This document shows, in pieces, positions 55,196-64,000 of a stretch of 64,000 nt of DNA. The notes beneath the pieces are model-generated. The model saw only the letters and a list, made by a program, of their open reading frames with translations, was not told the DNA's origin and ran no database searches. Origin of the DNA: an uncultured virus (IMG/VR IMGVR_UViG_3300008266_011815) (Duplodnaviria > Heunggongvirae > Uroviricota > Caudoviricetes); IMG/VR virus record IMGVR_UViG_3300008266_011815. The stretch is one strand, 5' to 3'. The translations under genes and the position numbers were made by a program. Position 1 is the first letter of the stretch; every line of letters starts with the position of its first letter.

Positions 55196-56038
55196 ATGAA
55201 AAAACTTATCAGCATCTTTATTTTAGGCATAACTCTTTTTTCCAACAATGTACAAGCAGAACGACCAAGAGATGTCATTATGCGTGACTTTAATCAAGGA
55301 GTTAATAGACTAGATCTTAACGACGATCAAAAGAAGAAATGGGACGCTGTTATCAGCACCATCTTTCGTCTACATGAAAAGTTAGGTGGATGGGGTAAGT
55401 ACGCTCAAGCTGGCGCACCTTGGGTACAGTATCCAGGGCATTGGTACGTGGTTAGGCACACTAGTGACCCTGCTAGTGATCTAGTAAACAAATATTCTAC
55501 TATCACAGTAGAAGATTATAATCGAGTTATTAGAGCTCACATTGACATCCATATTCGAATGGAGGAATTTGATAATAGTCTAGATATAAAAACACGTCGA
55601 CAATTTCGTTCTCATTTTAGAGATGTTTGGGCATGGGTATATGACCAAATGACAGATCAGTTGAGTAGATCTCTAGACAAAGAAATCAAAGACACTAGAT
55701 CATTTACATCGAATATAAAACTTTCTAAAGAACAAAGAAAGCAAGTTGACGATTATCTGTCCGAACTTGAGCAAGCAAGAAAGGATACTTCCGAAGCTAA
55801 AAGCGAAGGACGTAAGACCATGTGGAAGATTATGACTAATGCTGAAATTCCATGGGGGCAAAATCCTCTAATGTGTTCGACCTTTTTTAATGCTTATGGT
55901 CGAACAATGGACACTTATATAGCCACAGTAAAAAATATTGAAGCTGTGTTAGACGAAGATCAAAAAATTATTTTTCAAAAAAATGTAGTAGCCAAATATC
56001 AAAAAGAATTTGACAGTCTTACCAGCACACTTAAATAG
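55196..56038 (+). CDS. secreted helical protein
   Basis: Signal peptide; two L..EQ/DQ..K-type helical repeats. Confidence 0.65.
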   Translation: MKKLISIFILGITLFSNNVQAERPRDVIMRDFNQGVNRLDLNDDQKKKWDAVISTIFRLHEKLGGWGKYAQAGAPWVQYPGHWYVVRHTSDPASDLVNKYSTITVEDYNRVIRAHIDIHIRMEEFDNSLDIKTRRQFRSHFRDVWAWVYDQMTDQLSRSLDKEIKDTRSFTSNIKLSKEQRKQVDDYLSELEQARKDTSEAKSEGRKTMWKIMTNAEIPWGQNPLMCSTFFNAYGRTMDTYIATVKNIEAVLDEDQKIIFQKNVVAKYQKEFDSLTSTLK

Positions 56039-56041
56039 TGT

Positions 56042-57355
56042 ATGAACGTAGATATTAGAGACTGTACACATTTTGGTATATTACACAGACCTGATAAGTA
56101 TCTTTCCGAAAGTGTTGCTAATCAAAGTTTTGAAATAACACAATACTGGACAGAAACTTATATAAAAACTTATCAGGTCTCTGCAGACATTGATGAACTT
56201 TTAAAAATTGCATTAGCGCAAGGCAAAAAGTATTGCCTTATTCAAGAATCAGGAAATATGATCTTTGATCATAGTTTCTACAAAACTCTAGCACCCTATC
56301 TTAATAATGACAATTGGTTTGCAATTGCTCACATCATTGCCAAAGAATCAACAGGCATACACCCCCAAACCATTTTTGTAAATGTAGAAAATTGGAATCG
56401 TATTGGACAACCTAGTTATCAAGAACACGCTCCTAATAGTCCAATAGATTTAATTGTACCAAAAAAAAGTTTAAGCAATATACACGATGATTATACGCCT
56501 TTATGGATATTGCCTTCTAAGAATACAACCGCTGTCAGTGATTATCAGCCTGGGTGGGGTTGGATTAACTCTGCGTTAGAAGCAGGACTGATCGTACGGA
56601 ACTTTACACATGATATGAGACAATATAAAGTTTTCTTGTACCCAGATAAAGACCACCTATGGTATGATATGCAGAGTATGATTCTTCATTCTCTAGCAGT
56701 AGAGCGTACTAAAGTATTTTTTGATAATACTGAAGGTATAAGTGGATTTGAATCTGTGTCTAATATTGATAATTTTTATCTAGTAGCTAGCGGTTTCAAA
56801 CCAAACGTTATTGCCGAAGCTTGCGGATTTAATAATAATACAAACATTTGTTATATAGACTATAGCGGCAATGCACTTGAATTTAAAAGATGGTTGCATA
56901 AGAATTGGGATGGTCGAAACTATGTAGAAACTGTTCGACAATATGTTACCATGATACCTGCACTATTTGAAAGTGTTAAATTTGCAGATGTAGAAGATCA
57001 CTGGCGTCAAGTAATTAATTATTTTGGTAGTGAAGAAAAGTTTGCTCTACACTGGAAAAAATTTAACAGTTGTAAAATAAGTTATTTGCTAGTAGACATT
57101 GTAGGATTTCAAAGAAACTATCTGATTAACGTAATTGATCCAACAAAGAACAATGCTATTTGGTGGAGCCATGCTTTTAATACATTTAACAGTCTTATGT
57201 TAAAAGGACGAGAAGGATCAGCAGTGTGCTATAAACATTGGATAGAAGATCTCTACAAACGAGATCCAAATATCATAACACTCAGTTGCTACGATAATCG
57301 ACAAGAGTTATTACCATCTACTTCACTCAAGGAATACTTTAATGGATCTATATAA
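56042..57355 (+). CDS. hypothetical protein
   Basis: 437 aa; HDDYTPLW motif. Confidence 0.7.
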   Translation: MNVDIRDCTHFGILHRPDKYLSESVANQSFEITQYWTETYIKTYQVSADIDELLKIALAQGKKYCLIQESGNMIFDHSFYKTLAPYLNNDNWFAIAHIIAKESTGIHPQTIFVNVENWNRIGQPSYQEHAPNSPIDLIVPKKSLSNIHDDYTPLWILPSKNTTAVSDYQPGWGWINSALEAGLIVRNFTHDMRQYKVFLYPDKDHLWYDMQSMILHSLAVERTKVFFDNTEGISGFESVSNIDNFYLVASGFKPNVIAEACGFNNNTNICYIDYSGNALEFKRWLHKNWDGRNYVETVRQYVTMIPALFESVKFADVEDHWRQVINYFGSEEKFALHWKKFNSCKISYLLVDIVGFQRNYLINVIDPTKNNAIWWSHAFNTFNSLMLKGREGSAVCYKHWIEDLYKRDPNIITLSCYDNRQELLPSTSLKEYFNGSI

Positions 57356-57959
57356 TTGGATTATATTTCAAAGTAGATTACCTTGGTTAAAGATTATGCA
57401 AGACTGTCCTCACGACGAGATGCTAGCCGAGGCACGGGCAGTTAGGTCAAGATTTGTAGCTCATAGATATACTACCGGTGAGACTCATCAAGGTTGGAGT
57501 AGTTTAGTCGTGCATGGCCTTGGTCCTGAATGTACTTTGGCCCACGAATCATATGGCTACGACGATATAATGCAAGCACCACATGCATGGACAGAAATAG
57601 CAGACTTATGTCCTGTAACTAAGAGTTGGATAGAAAGTTTAGAATTTGAACACCTTTTTAGAGTAAGATTTATGTTGTTAGAAGCTGGCGGATTTATTGC
57701 TGAACATACTGACACTGATCAGTCTAGATTATTTGCGTATAATGTAGCTCTTAATCAACCCGAAGAATGTGTGTTTACAATGACAGAACACGGTCCAATA
57801 CCATTTAATAAAGGCGATACATTTTTGTTAGATGTTAGCAACAGTCATCATGTGTATAATAATTCGAATGAAGATCGTTATCATATAATCATACACGGTG
57901 TTCCGGGAGCAAAGGCTAGAGATCGAGTAGTAAAAAGTTTCTTAAAGAATAAAAAATGA
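57342..57959 (+). CDS. Asp/Asn beta-hydroxylase-like dioxygenase
   Basis: RVRFMLLEAGG.I.EHTD...HHVYN.S.EDRYHIIIHG. Confidence 0.82.
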   Translation: MDLYNWIIFQSRLPWLKIMQDCPHDEMLAEARAVRSRFVAHRYTTGETHQGWSSLVVHGLGPECTLAHESYGYDDIMQAPHAWTEIADLCPVTKSWIESLEFEHLFRVRFMLLEAGGFIAEHTDTDQSRLFAYNVALNQPEECVFTMTEHGPIPFNKGDTFLLDVSNSHHVYNNSNEDRYHIIIHGVPGAKARDRVVKSFLKNKK

Positions 57960-58669
57960 GCACACATCCTTATTATCCAAGATTCACATACTTTAATCAG
58001 CAGTTAGAAAACTTCGATTGGACTAACAGTAAAATTTTAGACTACGGAGGTAACTGGGGTAATCTGTTAAGAGATCCTAGCAGTACTATACCCCAAGAAA
58101 ATTACTGGTGCATCGATGTAAGTGAAGATGCTATCAATCAAGGTAAACAAGATTATCCTAATGCACATTGGTACTATTACAATAAATGGAATCATTGCTA
58201 CAACAGTAACGGAGATAAGAGTTTAAAAATACCTAGCCTTGAAACTAAATTTGATCTGATTACTGCATTCAGTGTAGTAACACATGTCACAGAAGAAGAC
58301 ATGATAGACATAATATATCATGATTTATTTCCATTGCTTAATACAAACGGTATTCTAGCTTTTACATTACTAGAACCTTCTGCTTTAGTTTATTTTGCTA
58401 AAAAACGAGGACTTAGTCTAATTGAGATAACAAAACTATTAAGCAAGGCCGCAGCACACAAAGATAGTCTTTATTACATTAACTCAGATATCATTATAGG
58501 TGTAGATCAGCCAGTACCGTTGCCTAGCTCTGATTTCTTTGTAAGCTTTTATTCGATAGAACGTGCCAAAAAAATATTCTCTAATAACCTTCTAGATATT
58601 AAAAAACCTGCAAACAGCGAGATACAATATTGTGTATTTCTTAAGAATCATCCTGCTCAAGAAGAATAA
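57956..58669 (+). CDS. class I SAM-dependent methyltransferase
   Basis: ILDYGGNWG, IDVS, FDLITAFSVVTH, L...G.L. Confidence 0.85.
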   Translation: MSTHPYYPRFTYFNQQLENFDWTNSKILDYGGNWGNLLRDPSSTIPQENYWCIDVSEDAINQGKQDYPNAHWYYYNKWNHCYNSNGDKSLKIPSLETKFDLITAFSVVTHVTEEDMIDIIYHDLFPLLNTNGILAFTLLEPSALVYFAKKRGLSLIEITKLLSKAAAHKDSLYYINSDIIIGVDQPVPLPSSDFFVSFYSIERAKKIFSNNLLDIKKPANSEIQYCVFLKNHPAQEE

Positions 58670-59204
58670 TTGGATCAGGATCTAATCCTACAGACAGAGT
58701 TACCCGAGGAACTTTTGCTTCATCATTAAGTTTGATTCCGTGCGGCTTACTAATTCTTAAAACAGTTGGTTCGTCAACTGTTACTTCATCTACAAGATTA
58801 TAATCAGTGTTTACAACGCTGTAGAATACTGCCCCGTTAGGGAAAATCTCTTGGCTAAATTTAACATTAGCATAAAAACTTGTAACTGTTTCTTCACAGT
58901 TTACAATAGGAATGTTTACTCTTGCTCTATCTGCACCAGAGTCAACATGAATCGCGCCTTCATAATTACTCAACATTATGTAAGCAATAACAAATTTTAC
59001 CTTAAACCCTAATTCTTCAAATGCTTGATCAAACTCAGGACATTCTTTTCTAAACTCTTTATGATCAAATAAAAACACTGGAACTATATTTCTTAGATCT
59101 TGAGGATTAGTTAAAAACTTTTCTTTTTCCTTATCTAAAAACTCTTCTGCTTTTTTTTGAATAACATCCAGATTTTTTAATTTAATTTTTTTCCAGTATT
59201 TCAT
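58641..59204 (-). CDS. cupin/2OG-Fe(II) dioxygenase-like protein
   Basis: IHVD...PHGI...PRVTLS. Confidence 0.65.
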   Translation of the reverse strand: MKYWKKIKLKNLDVIQKKAEEFLDKEKEKFLTNPQDLRNIVPVFLFDHKEFRKECPEFDQAFEELGFKVKFVIAYIMLSNYEGAIHVDSGADRARVNIPIVNCEETVTSFYANVKFSQEIFPNGAVFYSVVNTDYNLVDEVTVDEPTVLRISKPHGIKLNDEAKVPRVTLSVGLDPDPIILLEQDDS

Positions 59205-59213
59205 TTCTAATCC

Positions 59214-59672
59214 TTAAAAAATACATCCACTTATACTTAATCTTTTTTTACCTGGAGTTAAGTTCCAAGCTCTATGCATGGTGTCAACTTTTAACATGTG
59301 CCACCTATGCGGCATTATTACTTCTGAATGCAAAATAGTTTCTTTATCATCTTCATAAAATGTTGTTTCGACATCTTCATTTCCTTGATTAAAGATGTAA
59401 TTAAATTTTATAGTTGCTCCAATGTCCTTGTGCATTGGTAAATCAGTTCGTATGACTTGCACAAACCATTTTATTGATTTACATATATTTTCTTTGCACC
59501 ATTGATTCAAATTATCAGTTGGTGGAATCGAACTGTATATATGTTTCATAATTTTATACTTTGGATCGTTCTCTGGGAACGCATTATTTTTTTGAGACAA
59601 GATATATTCGTCGGTTATCTCATCTAAAAGCTCTTGAGGTATTCTGGGTAAATTTATATAGGTCACGTACAT
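59214..59672 (-). CDS. cupin/2OG-Fe(II) dioxygenase-like protein
   Basis: PMHKD...MHRAWN...RLSIS. Confidence 0.65.
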   Translation of the reverse strand: MYVTYINLPRIPQELLDEITDEYILSQKNNAFPENDPKYKIMKHIYSSIPPTDNLNQWCKENICKSIKWFVQVIRTDLPMHKDIGATIKFNYIFNQGNEDVETTFYEDDKETILHSEVIMPHRWHMLKVDTMHRAWNLTPGKKRLSISGCIF

Positions 59673-59726
59673 GGAAAATATTTATCTGCTACTATTATCA
59701 ATAAATATAGAAAAGTAGAGGAACTT

Positions 59727-60599
59727 ATGCAAATCAAACCATTAGACTATTGCGGAGTAGAAATAACTGACATCGATCTTGCCAATCTGACAGACGATGA
59801 CTACGCTCAGATAAAAGAAATATACCTCCAACATTTGATAATTGTTATCAGAAATCAAAAAGTTGCTACAGTTCCTTATGCTAAATTGATTCAAAGACTT
59901 GGAACTATTGCCAATTGGAAACAGGCAGTATGGGATATTTTTGGAAAACCTTCTAAATTTTTTACAGGAAGTCCTGTTGATGCATTCAGCTTTACAGGAC
60001 CAGATTATATGTTTCCTGTACAACGAGTTACTGGTAAAAAAATAAACGGTCAGCGCACTGGAATTTTTGGACAAGGTAAACTAGATTGGCATTCGAATAT
60101 GAATGGACCTTTTAATCGAGCTCGAGGTGTCGCGCTCCAGGGAGTTTCAAAAGGCATTATTGGAACTAGTACCAGCTGGATGGACACTACATTAGCCTAT
60201 GCTGCTATGAGTGACGAGCTTAAAAAGAGATGTGAAGGTGTAGTTGGAAGATTTGAATATAGTCCAGAAATTTGGGCTGAAGGTCTTCCACCTGACCAAT
60301 ATTCTGATATGTTAAAGAATAAAGAAGAATATTATGAAATGCCGTTAGTTAACATAAGTCATTCAGGAAACCCCGGACTTTATTTTCATTTTATGAATAA
60401 ATGTTCGTTCCCTAGCGATCCAGAACTTCTCGAAATACTAAAAACACATTGCTTCCAACCACAGTTTATCTACACACACTTTTGGCAACCAGGAGATATT
60501 GTTGTCAGCGATCAAGTTCTTACTCTACATAAAAGAGATACTGACGATCCTAAAATTTTAGAAGAAAGAGTTCTCAGTAGATACACCTTTAATCACTAA
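59727..60599 (+). CDS. TauD/TfdA-family dioxygenase
   Basis: GVEI..IDL, WHSN (variant of WHxD), T.W.DT..AY, H.WQPGDIV..D...LH.R. Confidence 0.85.
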   Translation: MQIKPLDYCGVEITDIDLANLTDDDYAQIKEIYLQHLIIVIRNQKVATVPYAKLIQRLGTIANWKQAVWDIFGKPSKFFTGSPVDAFSFTGPDYMFPVQRVTGKKINGQRTGIFGQGKLDWHSNMNGPFNRARGVALQGVSKGIIGTSTSWMDTTLAYAAMSDELKKRCEGVVGRFEYSPEIWAEGLPPDQYSDMLKNKEEYYEMPLVNISHSGNPGLYFHFMNKCSFPSDPELLEILKTHCFQPQFIYTHFWQPGDIVVSDQVLTLHKRDTDDPKILEERVLSRYTFNH

Positions 60600-61213
60600 T
60601 GATTATTCATCGTATCGACAGCAACTATCCTATAGAAAAGATAATAGAATTCTGTAGTCATTCTAAAGTTGATCCGCTACCTGGTGCAATCAATATGTCT
60701 ATTGATGATTGGGAAAATAAAAATTATACCTTATTGTATACACTATACAAACAAAAAAGATATGATGACCCTAGCAAGTCGGCATACCTTGGTATAGAGT
60801 TCGCCGGTAAGATCATAGCAGCCGGTGGATATTATCCATTAGATTCGGATCCTAATATTGCTATATTAATGTCTAGGATGTATACTATACCTAAAGCCAG
60901 GAATCAAGCAGTACATGGTAAGTTTTTATTTCCGAGAATAATGTCGGAAGTTGCGGAATTGAACTACCAAGCAGGCCTGGTCTCATATAATCAATATAAT
61001 TTATGGATGAAGACCGCTCTTATGAGGGCTAGTAGTGGCCGAGGAATCTTTTTAGGTATTAAAACACCTGATGAATATCGAGGATGGACTGATATAGAAC
61101 AACCCCTCATGATAAAAAATACTCCACAATGGTGTTTATATAAACTGTTTAATCCTACTTATCTACCCATATTTCTAAAAAGTATAGATAAAATCAAAAT
61201 TTTATCTCAATAA
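60599..61213 (+). CDS. GNAT-like protein
   Basis: IIAAGG..., SRMYTIPKAR motif-A-like segment. Confidence 0.5.
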   Translation: MIIHRIDSNYPIEKIIEFCSHSKVDPLPGAINMSIDDWENKNYTLLYTLYKQKRYDDPSKSAYLGIEFAGKIIAAGGYYPLDSDPNIAILMSRMYTIPKARNQAVHGKFLFPRIMSEVAELNYQAGLVSYNQYNLWMKTALMRASSGRGIFLGIKTPDEYRGWTDIEQPLMIKNTPQWCLYKLFNPTYLPIFLKSIDKIKILSQ

Positions 61214-61220
61214 ATAAACT

Positions 61221-61940
61221 ATGTTTCCTTTAAATTTATATTCAGCCATTGCGCTGTCATTGTTATTCACCCATGTAACTATTATAGCAGTTACATTATA
61301 CCTACATAGGTGTGCTACGCATCGTGGATTAGAAATGCATCCAATACTATCTCACTTCTTTCGTGCATGGCTTTGGTTAACTACTGGTATGACTACTAAA
61401 GCATGGGTAGCAGTGCATCGCAAACATCATCAGAATACAGATGCCGAAGGCGATCCACATAGTCCACATATATTCGGAATCTGGAGATTGATCGGAGGTG
61501 GATGGAGTTTGTATCACGAAGCGACCAAAGACCCGGCCATGGTTATAAAATATGGATCAGGTACTCCTAAAGATTGGGTCGAGCGTAAAATCTACACCCA
61601 ATTCCATCAGTATGGTATTCTTGTAATGTTAGTTATAGACTTATTATTATTTGGATGGTGGGGCGCACTAATATGGGTAATACAAATGACTTGGATACCT
61701 TTCTGGGCTGCTGGAATTATAAATGGGCTAGCACACTGGTGGGGTTATCGCAACGGTGAGACTAAAGACCAAAGCAGAAATATTAGTCCATGGGGTATCT
61801 TAATTGGCGGTGAAGAGCTGCATAATAATCATCACATGGATCCTGCAAGTCCCAAGTTTAGTCGCAAGTGGTTTGAAATCGACATAGGTTGGGTATACCT
61901 TAATATTTTCAAGTTAATTGGATTGGTAAAATTAAAATGA
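61221..61940 (+). CDS. membrane fatty-acid desaturase (delta-9 type)
   Basis: His boxes HRCATH, HRKHH, HNNHH; GDPHSP. Confidence 0.93.
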   Translation: MFPLNLYSAIALSLLFTHVTIIAVTLYLHRCATHRGLEMHPILSHFFRAWLWLTTGMTTKAWVAVHRKHHQNTDAEGDPHSPHIFGIWRLIGGGWSLYHEATKDPAMVIKYGSGTPKDWVERKIYTQFHQYGILVMLVIDLLLFGWWGALIWVIQMTWIPFWAAGIINGLAHWWGYRNGETKDQSRNISPWGILIGGEELHNNHHMDPASPKFSRKWFEIDIGWVYLNIFKLIGLVKLK

Positions 61941-62812
61941 AAAAAACCCTTTTACTATTACTAATATCTTTTTTTATGAGTTCTCTGGCTTATGCCGAGC
62001 CACCTAAAAAATTTAAATCTAAAAAATATAAACAGTATCAAACAAAAGTTTATAAGAAAAAACTAAAGGTTTCTAAAAAATTCTATTCGCCTAATAGCTC
62101 ATATGCAATATACGATTACTCTAGTTCTCAATTTGACAATGAGCATAATGTAACCGACATTAAAAGCATTGCCAGTATAACAAAGTTGTTTACAGCTATA
62201 ACTGTAGTTAACAGCAAAGCCGACTTAAACGAAAAACTATACGTGACTGGTAACAACGGCGGCAAAGTTATCAAAGGCTCGTGGATCAGTCGAATAGATC
62301 TTTTAAAAGCAATGGTTACTAATTCTGATAACCTAGCAGCTGAAGTATTGGCCAACAATCATCCTAGAGGGTTTAAACAATTTATAATTGATGCAAATGA
62401 CTATAATAAACGAATTGGGTTAAAGCATACAGAAATAGTTGACAGTAGTGGTCTACTTCCGGGCAATGTTAGCACAGCAGCCGACTTAGTACTATTCTTA
62501 AATTCAATTAAAGATAATGACGTTATTAAAGAAATCGCTAATCTTAGAGGACACGAAATCGCAGTTCCTCGTCCTAAAGGTAAAAGAATTATAACAATTA
62601 AATTTCATAATACTAATCCTGACATTTACAAAATGGACAATGTTATTATAAGCAAAACAGGCTTTACTAATCCAGCAGGACGTTGTGTAGTCATGTTAGT
62701 TGAACGTGGTCAAAAGCTATATGCGTTAGTTGTGTTAGGTGCAAGAACTCCTAGCGACCGCAGTAGAATACTGCACAATTTATTAGACAAGGCTAATACA
62801 GTTCACATTTAA
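61937..62812 (+). CDS. D-Ala-D-Ala peptidase (peptidase S11, PBP7-like)
   Basis: Signal peptide; ASITK, SDN, SKTGF. Confidence 0.9.
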   Translation: MKKTLLLLLISFFMSSLAYAEPPKKFKSKKYKQYQTKVYKKKLKVSKKFYSPNSSYAIYDYSSSQFDNEHNVTDIKSIASITKLFTAITVVNSKADLNEKLYVTGNNGGKVIKGSWISRIDLLKAMVTNSDNLAAEVLANNHPRGFKQFIIDANDYNKRIGLKHTEIVDSSGLLPGNVSTAADLVLFLNSIKDNDVIKEIANLRGHEIAVPRPKGKRIITIKFHNTNPDIYKMDNVIISKTGFTNPAGRCVVMLVERGQKLYALVVLGARTPSDRSRILHNLLDKANTVHI

Positions 62813-62847
62813 TTTTACAAATCATAGTGCTCTATAAATAAAGCACT

Positions 62848-63426
62848 ATGATTATAAGAGAACTGACATTTGACGATCATGCACAGTTATTAGAACTGAT
62901 GCAGAAAAATCCAACTCTCATGAAAATTGAAGACGATGAGTATCAGGAAACACTAGCTCAACGTGCAGGATTTTTTTTAAAAGACCCACACTTTTTTAAT
63001 ATTGGCTGCTTCGATAACAATAAGTTAGTGTCTACCATTAATTTTTACGAATCAGATCAAGCACCAAGTTGGACTATCATTCAGTGTACTAGAGATCTTC
63101 CAGGAGCATTTTGCTCATTCCCCGAAGAAAGAACCATGTTAAGTATGATGTTTCAGGAAGCTGAAGCTAGAGATCTTACAAGATTTTATATCTGTTTTAA
63201 CTCAAAAATGCCTATGATGATGAATAGAAGCAGAGTGGGCGCAAGATTGCTTGCAAAATGGATCCCAGAAATTACTAAATATGAGATAGCAGACGATGCT
63301 ATTGTCCCGGCAGGAACTATGCCTAAGTACAGTTATCAAAAAATGTTATTAGGTAAACCCTGGCCCGTAGATTTAATTATAAGATGTGGATTCTTAAAAA
63401 ATGAGTACAGAAAAATTACAACTTAA
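62848..63426 (+). CDS. GNAT-like protein
   Basis: MIIRELT..D start; G.FD..KLV. Confidence 0.45.
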   Translation: MIIRELTFDDHAQLLELMQKNPTLMKIEDDEYQETLAQRAGFFLKDPHFFNIGCFDNNKLVSTINFYESDQAPSWTIIQCTRDLPGAFCSFPEERTMLSMMFQEAEARDLTRFYICFNSKMPMMMNRSRVGARLLAKWIPEITKYEIADDAIVPAGTMPKYSYQKMLLGKPWPVDLIIRCGFLKNEYRKITT

Positions 63427-64000
63427 AGACTTTCATACACATACATGGTTTAGTGTATTACCTTTATATCTCCTCTTTCTAGGATCCCTCAGTCAAATCG
63501 GAAGCACCTCGCTGTTGAGTCTGTGTTTATTTTTTGTTTTTTGGACATTAATTGGCGGCTGCGGAATAGAATTGACCTTCCACAGATTGTTAAGTCATAA
63601 ATCTTTTGAAATATCAAACTGGGCTAAAAAGTTGTTTTCTTATTTGGGGTGTTTAGCTATGAACGGTAGTCCTATTTTTTGGGTAGCTATTCACAAGCAA
63701 CATCATCCCTACGCTGACACAGATTCTGATCCTCATCATCCTGGACAAGGATTCTTTATGAGTTATATTGGTTGGGCGTTACACAAGCCTAGTTTAGACA
63801 AAATTAGATTCGCTCGAGCAGGTAAGGACCTATTGACTTCTAAGTTTCAATTATTTTTACAACAGCACTATTATTTGTTAGTCTGGGGCTTTTATCTAGC
63901 CGTATTTTTAATTAGTCCTACAATTTTTTGGTTAAGTTTTGTGCCAGCATGTTTGTTAGCGCACAATCAAGGTAATATAGTTAACTTTTTCTGTCATCAG
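63401..64000 (+). CDS. second fatty-acid desaturase (3'-partial)
   Basis: Manual translation: HRLLSHKSF, GSPIFWVAIHKQHH..DTDSDPH; runs off the window, absent from the ORF track. Confidence 0.88.
   Translation, partial: MSTEKLQLKDFHTHTWFSVLPLYLLFLGSLSQIGSTSLLSLCLFFVFWTLIGGCGIELTFHRLLSHKSFEISNWAKKLFSYLGCLAMNGSPIFWVAIHKQHHPYADTDSDPHHPGQGFFMSYIGWALHKPSLDKIRFARAGKDLLTSKFQLFLQQHYYLLVWGFYLAVFLISPTIFWLSFVPACLLAHNQGNIVNFFCHQ

Noticed and set aside
1..64000. Bacterial chromosome origin (dnaK, iscU, pstS, tRNAs)
   Set aside because: Host-like genes lack their usual operon partners (no dnaJ/grpE, iscS, pstCAB) and are mixed with PAAR, tail and many short phage-type genes.
1..64000. CRISPR array
   Set aside because: No run of identical repeats with unique spacers; the repeats seen are coding or hairpin stems. 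The PD-(D/E)XK nuclease has no cas neighbours.
1..64000. Genome-wide TAG or TGA recoding
   Set aside because: Conserved genes (nrdA, nrdB, dnaK, pstS) are full length in code 11, and hsp20 ends at TAG at the expected length.

Overview
This 64 kb window comes from an AT-rich jumbo/T4-like tailed phage, not a bacterial chromosome. The host is probably a Proteobacterium; DnaK looks betaproteobacterial (inference). Bases 1-10 kb hold virion-associated genes preceded by (A)TAAATA late-promoter-like motifs, a PD-(D/E)XK nuclease and a beta-helix tail protein. Next come nrdAB-glutaredoxin, PAAR, iscU/iscA, a cell-wall hydrolase, lipoproteins, bS21, dnaK and hsp20 (both with ROSE-like leaders), clpS, and heme oxygenase with a ferredoxin-dependent bilin reductase. 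A circularly permuted two-piece tmRNA sits at ~37.9-38.2 kb, followed by a Pho-box-flanked phosphate cassette (PlcP-like phosphoesterase, GT2, pstS, OprO/P porin). About 29 tRNA or tRNA-like genes at 44.6-54.6 kb cover all 20 amino acids and are interleaved with unexplained structured RNAs. At least ten HxD...H dioxygenase-like paralogs, SDRs, a radical SAM enzyme, GNAT-like proteins and two desaturases are scattered through the right half. The top finding is a candidate transcription attenuator heading the tRNA array: tandem sigma70 promoters, a 43-codon leader peptide containing all 20 amino acids, and mutually exclusive 1:2 / 2:3 / 3:4 hairpins ending in a terminator. It could switch on phage tRNA synthesis when translation stalls. 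All calls come from reading motifs by eye; no database searches were run.
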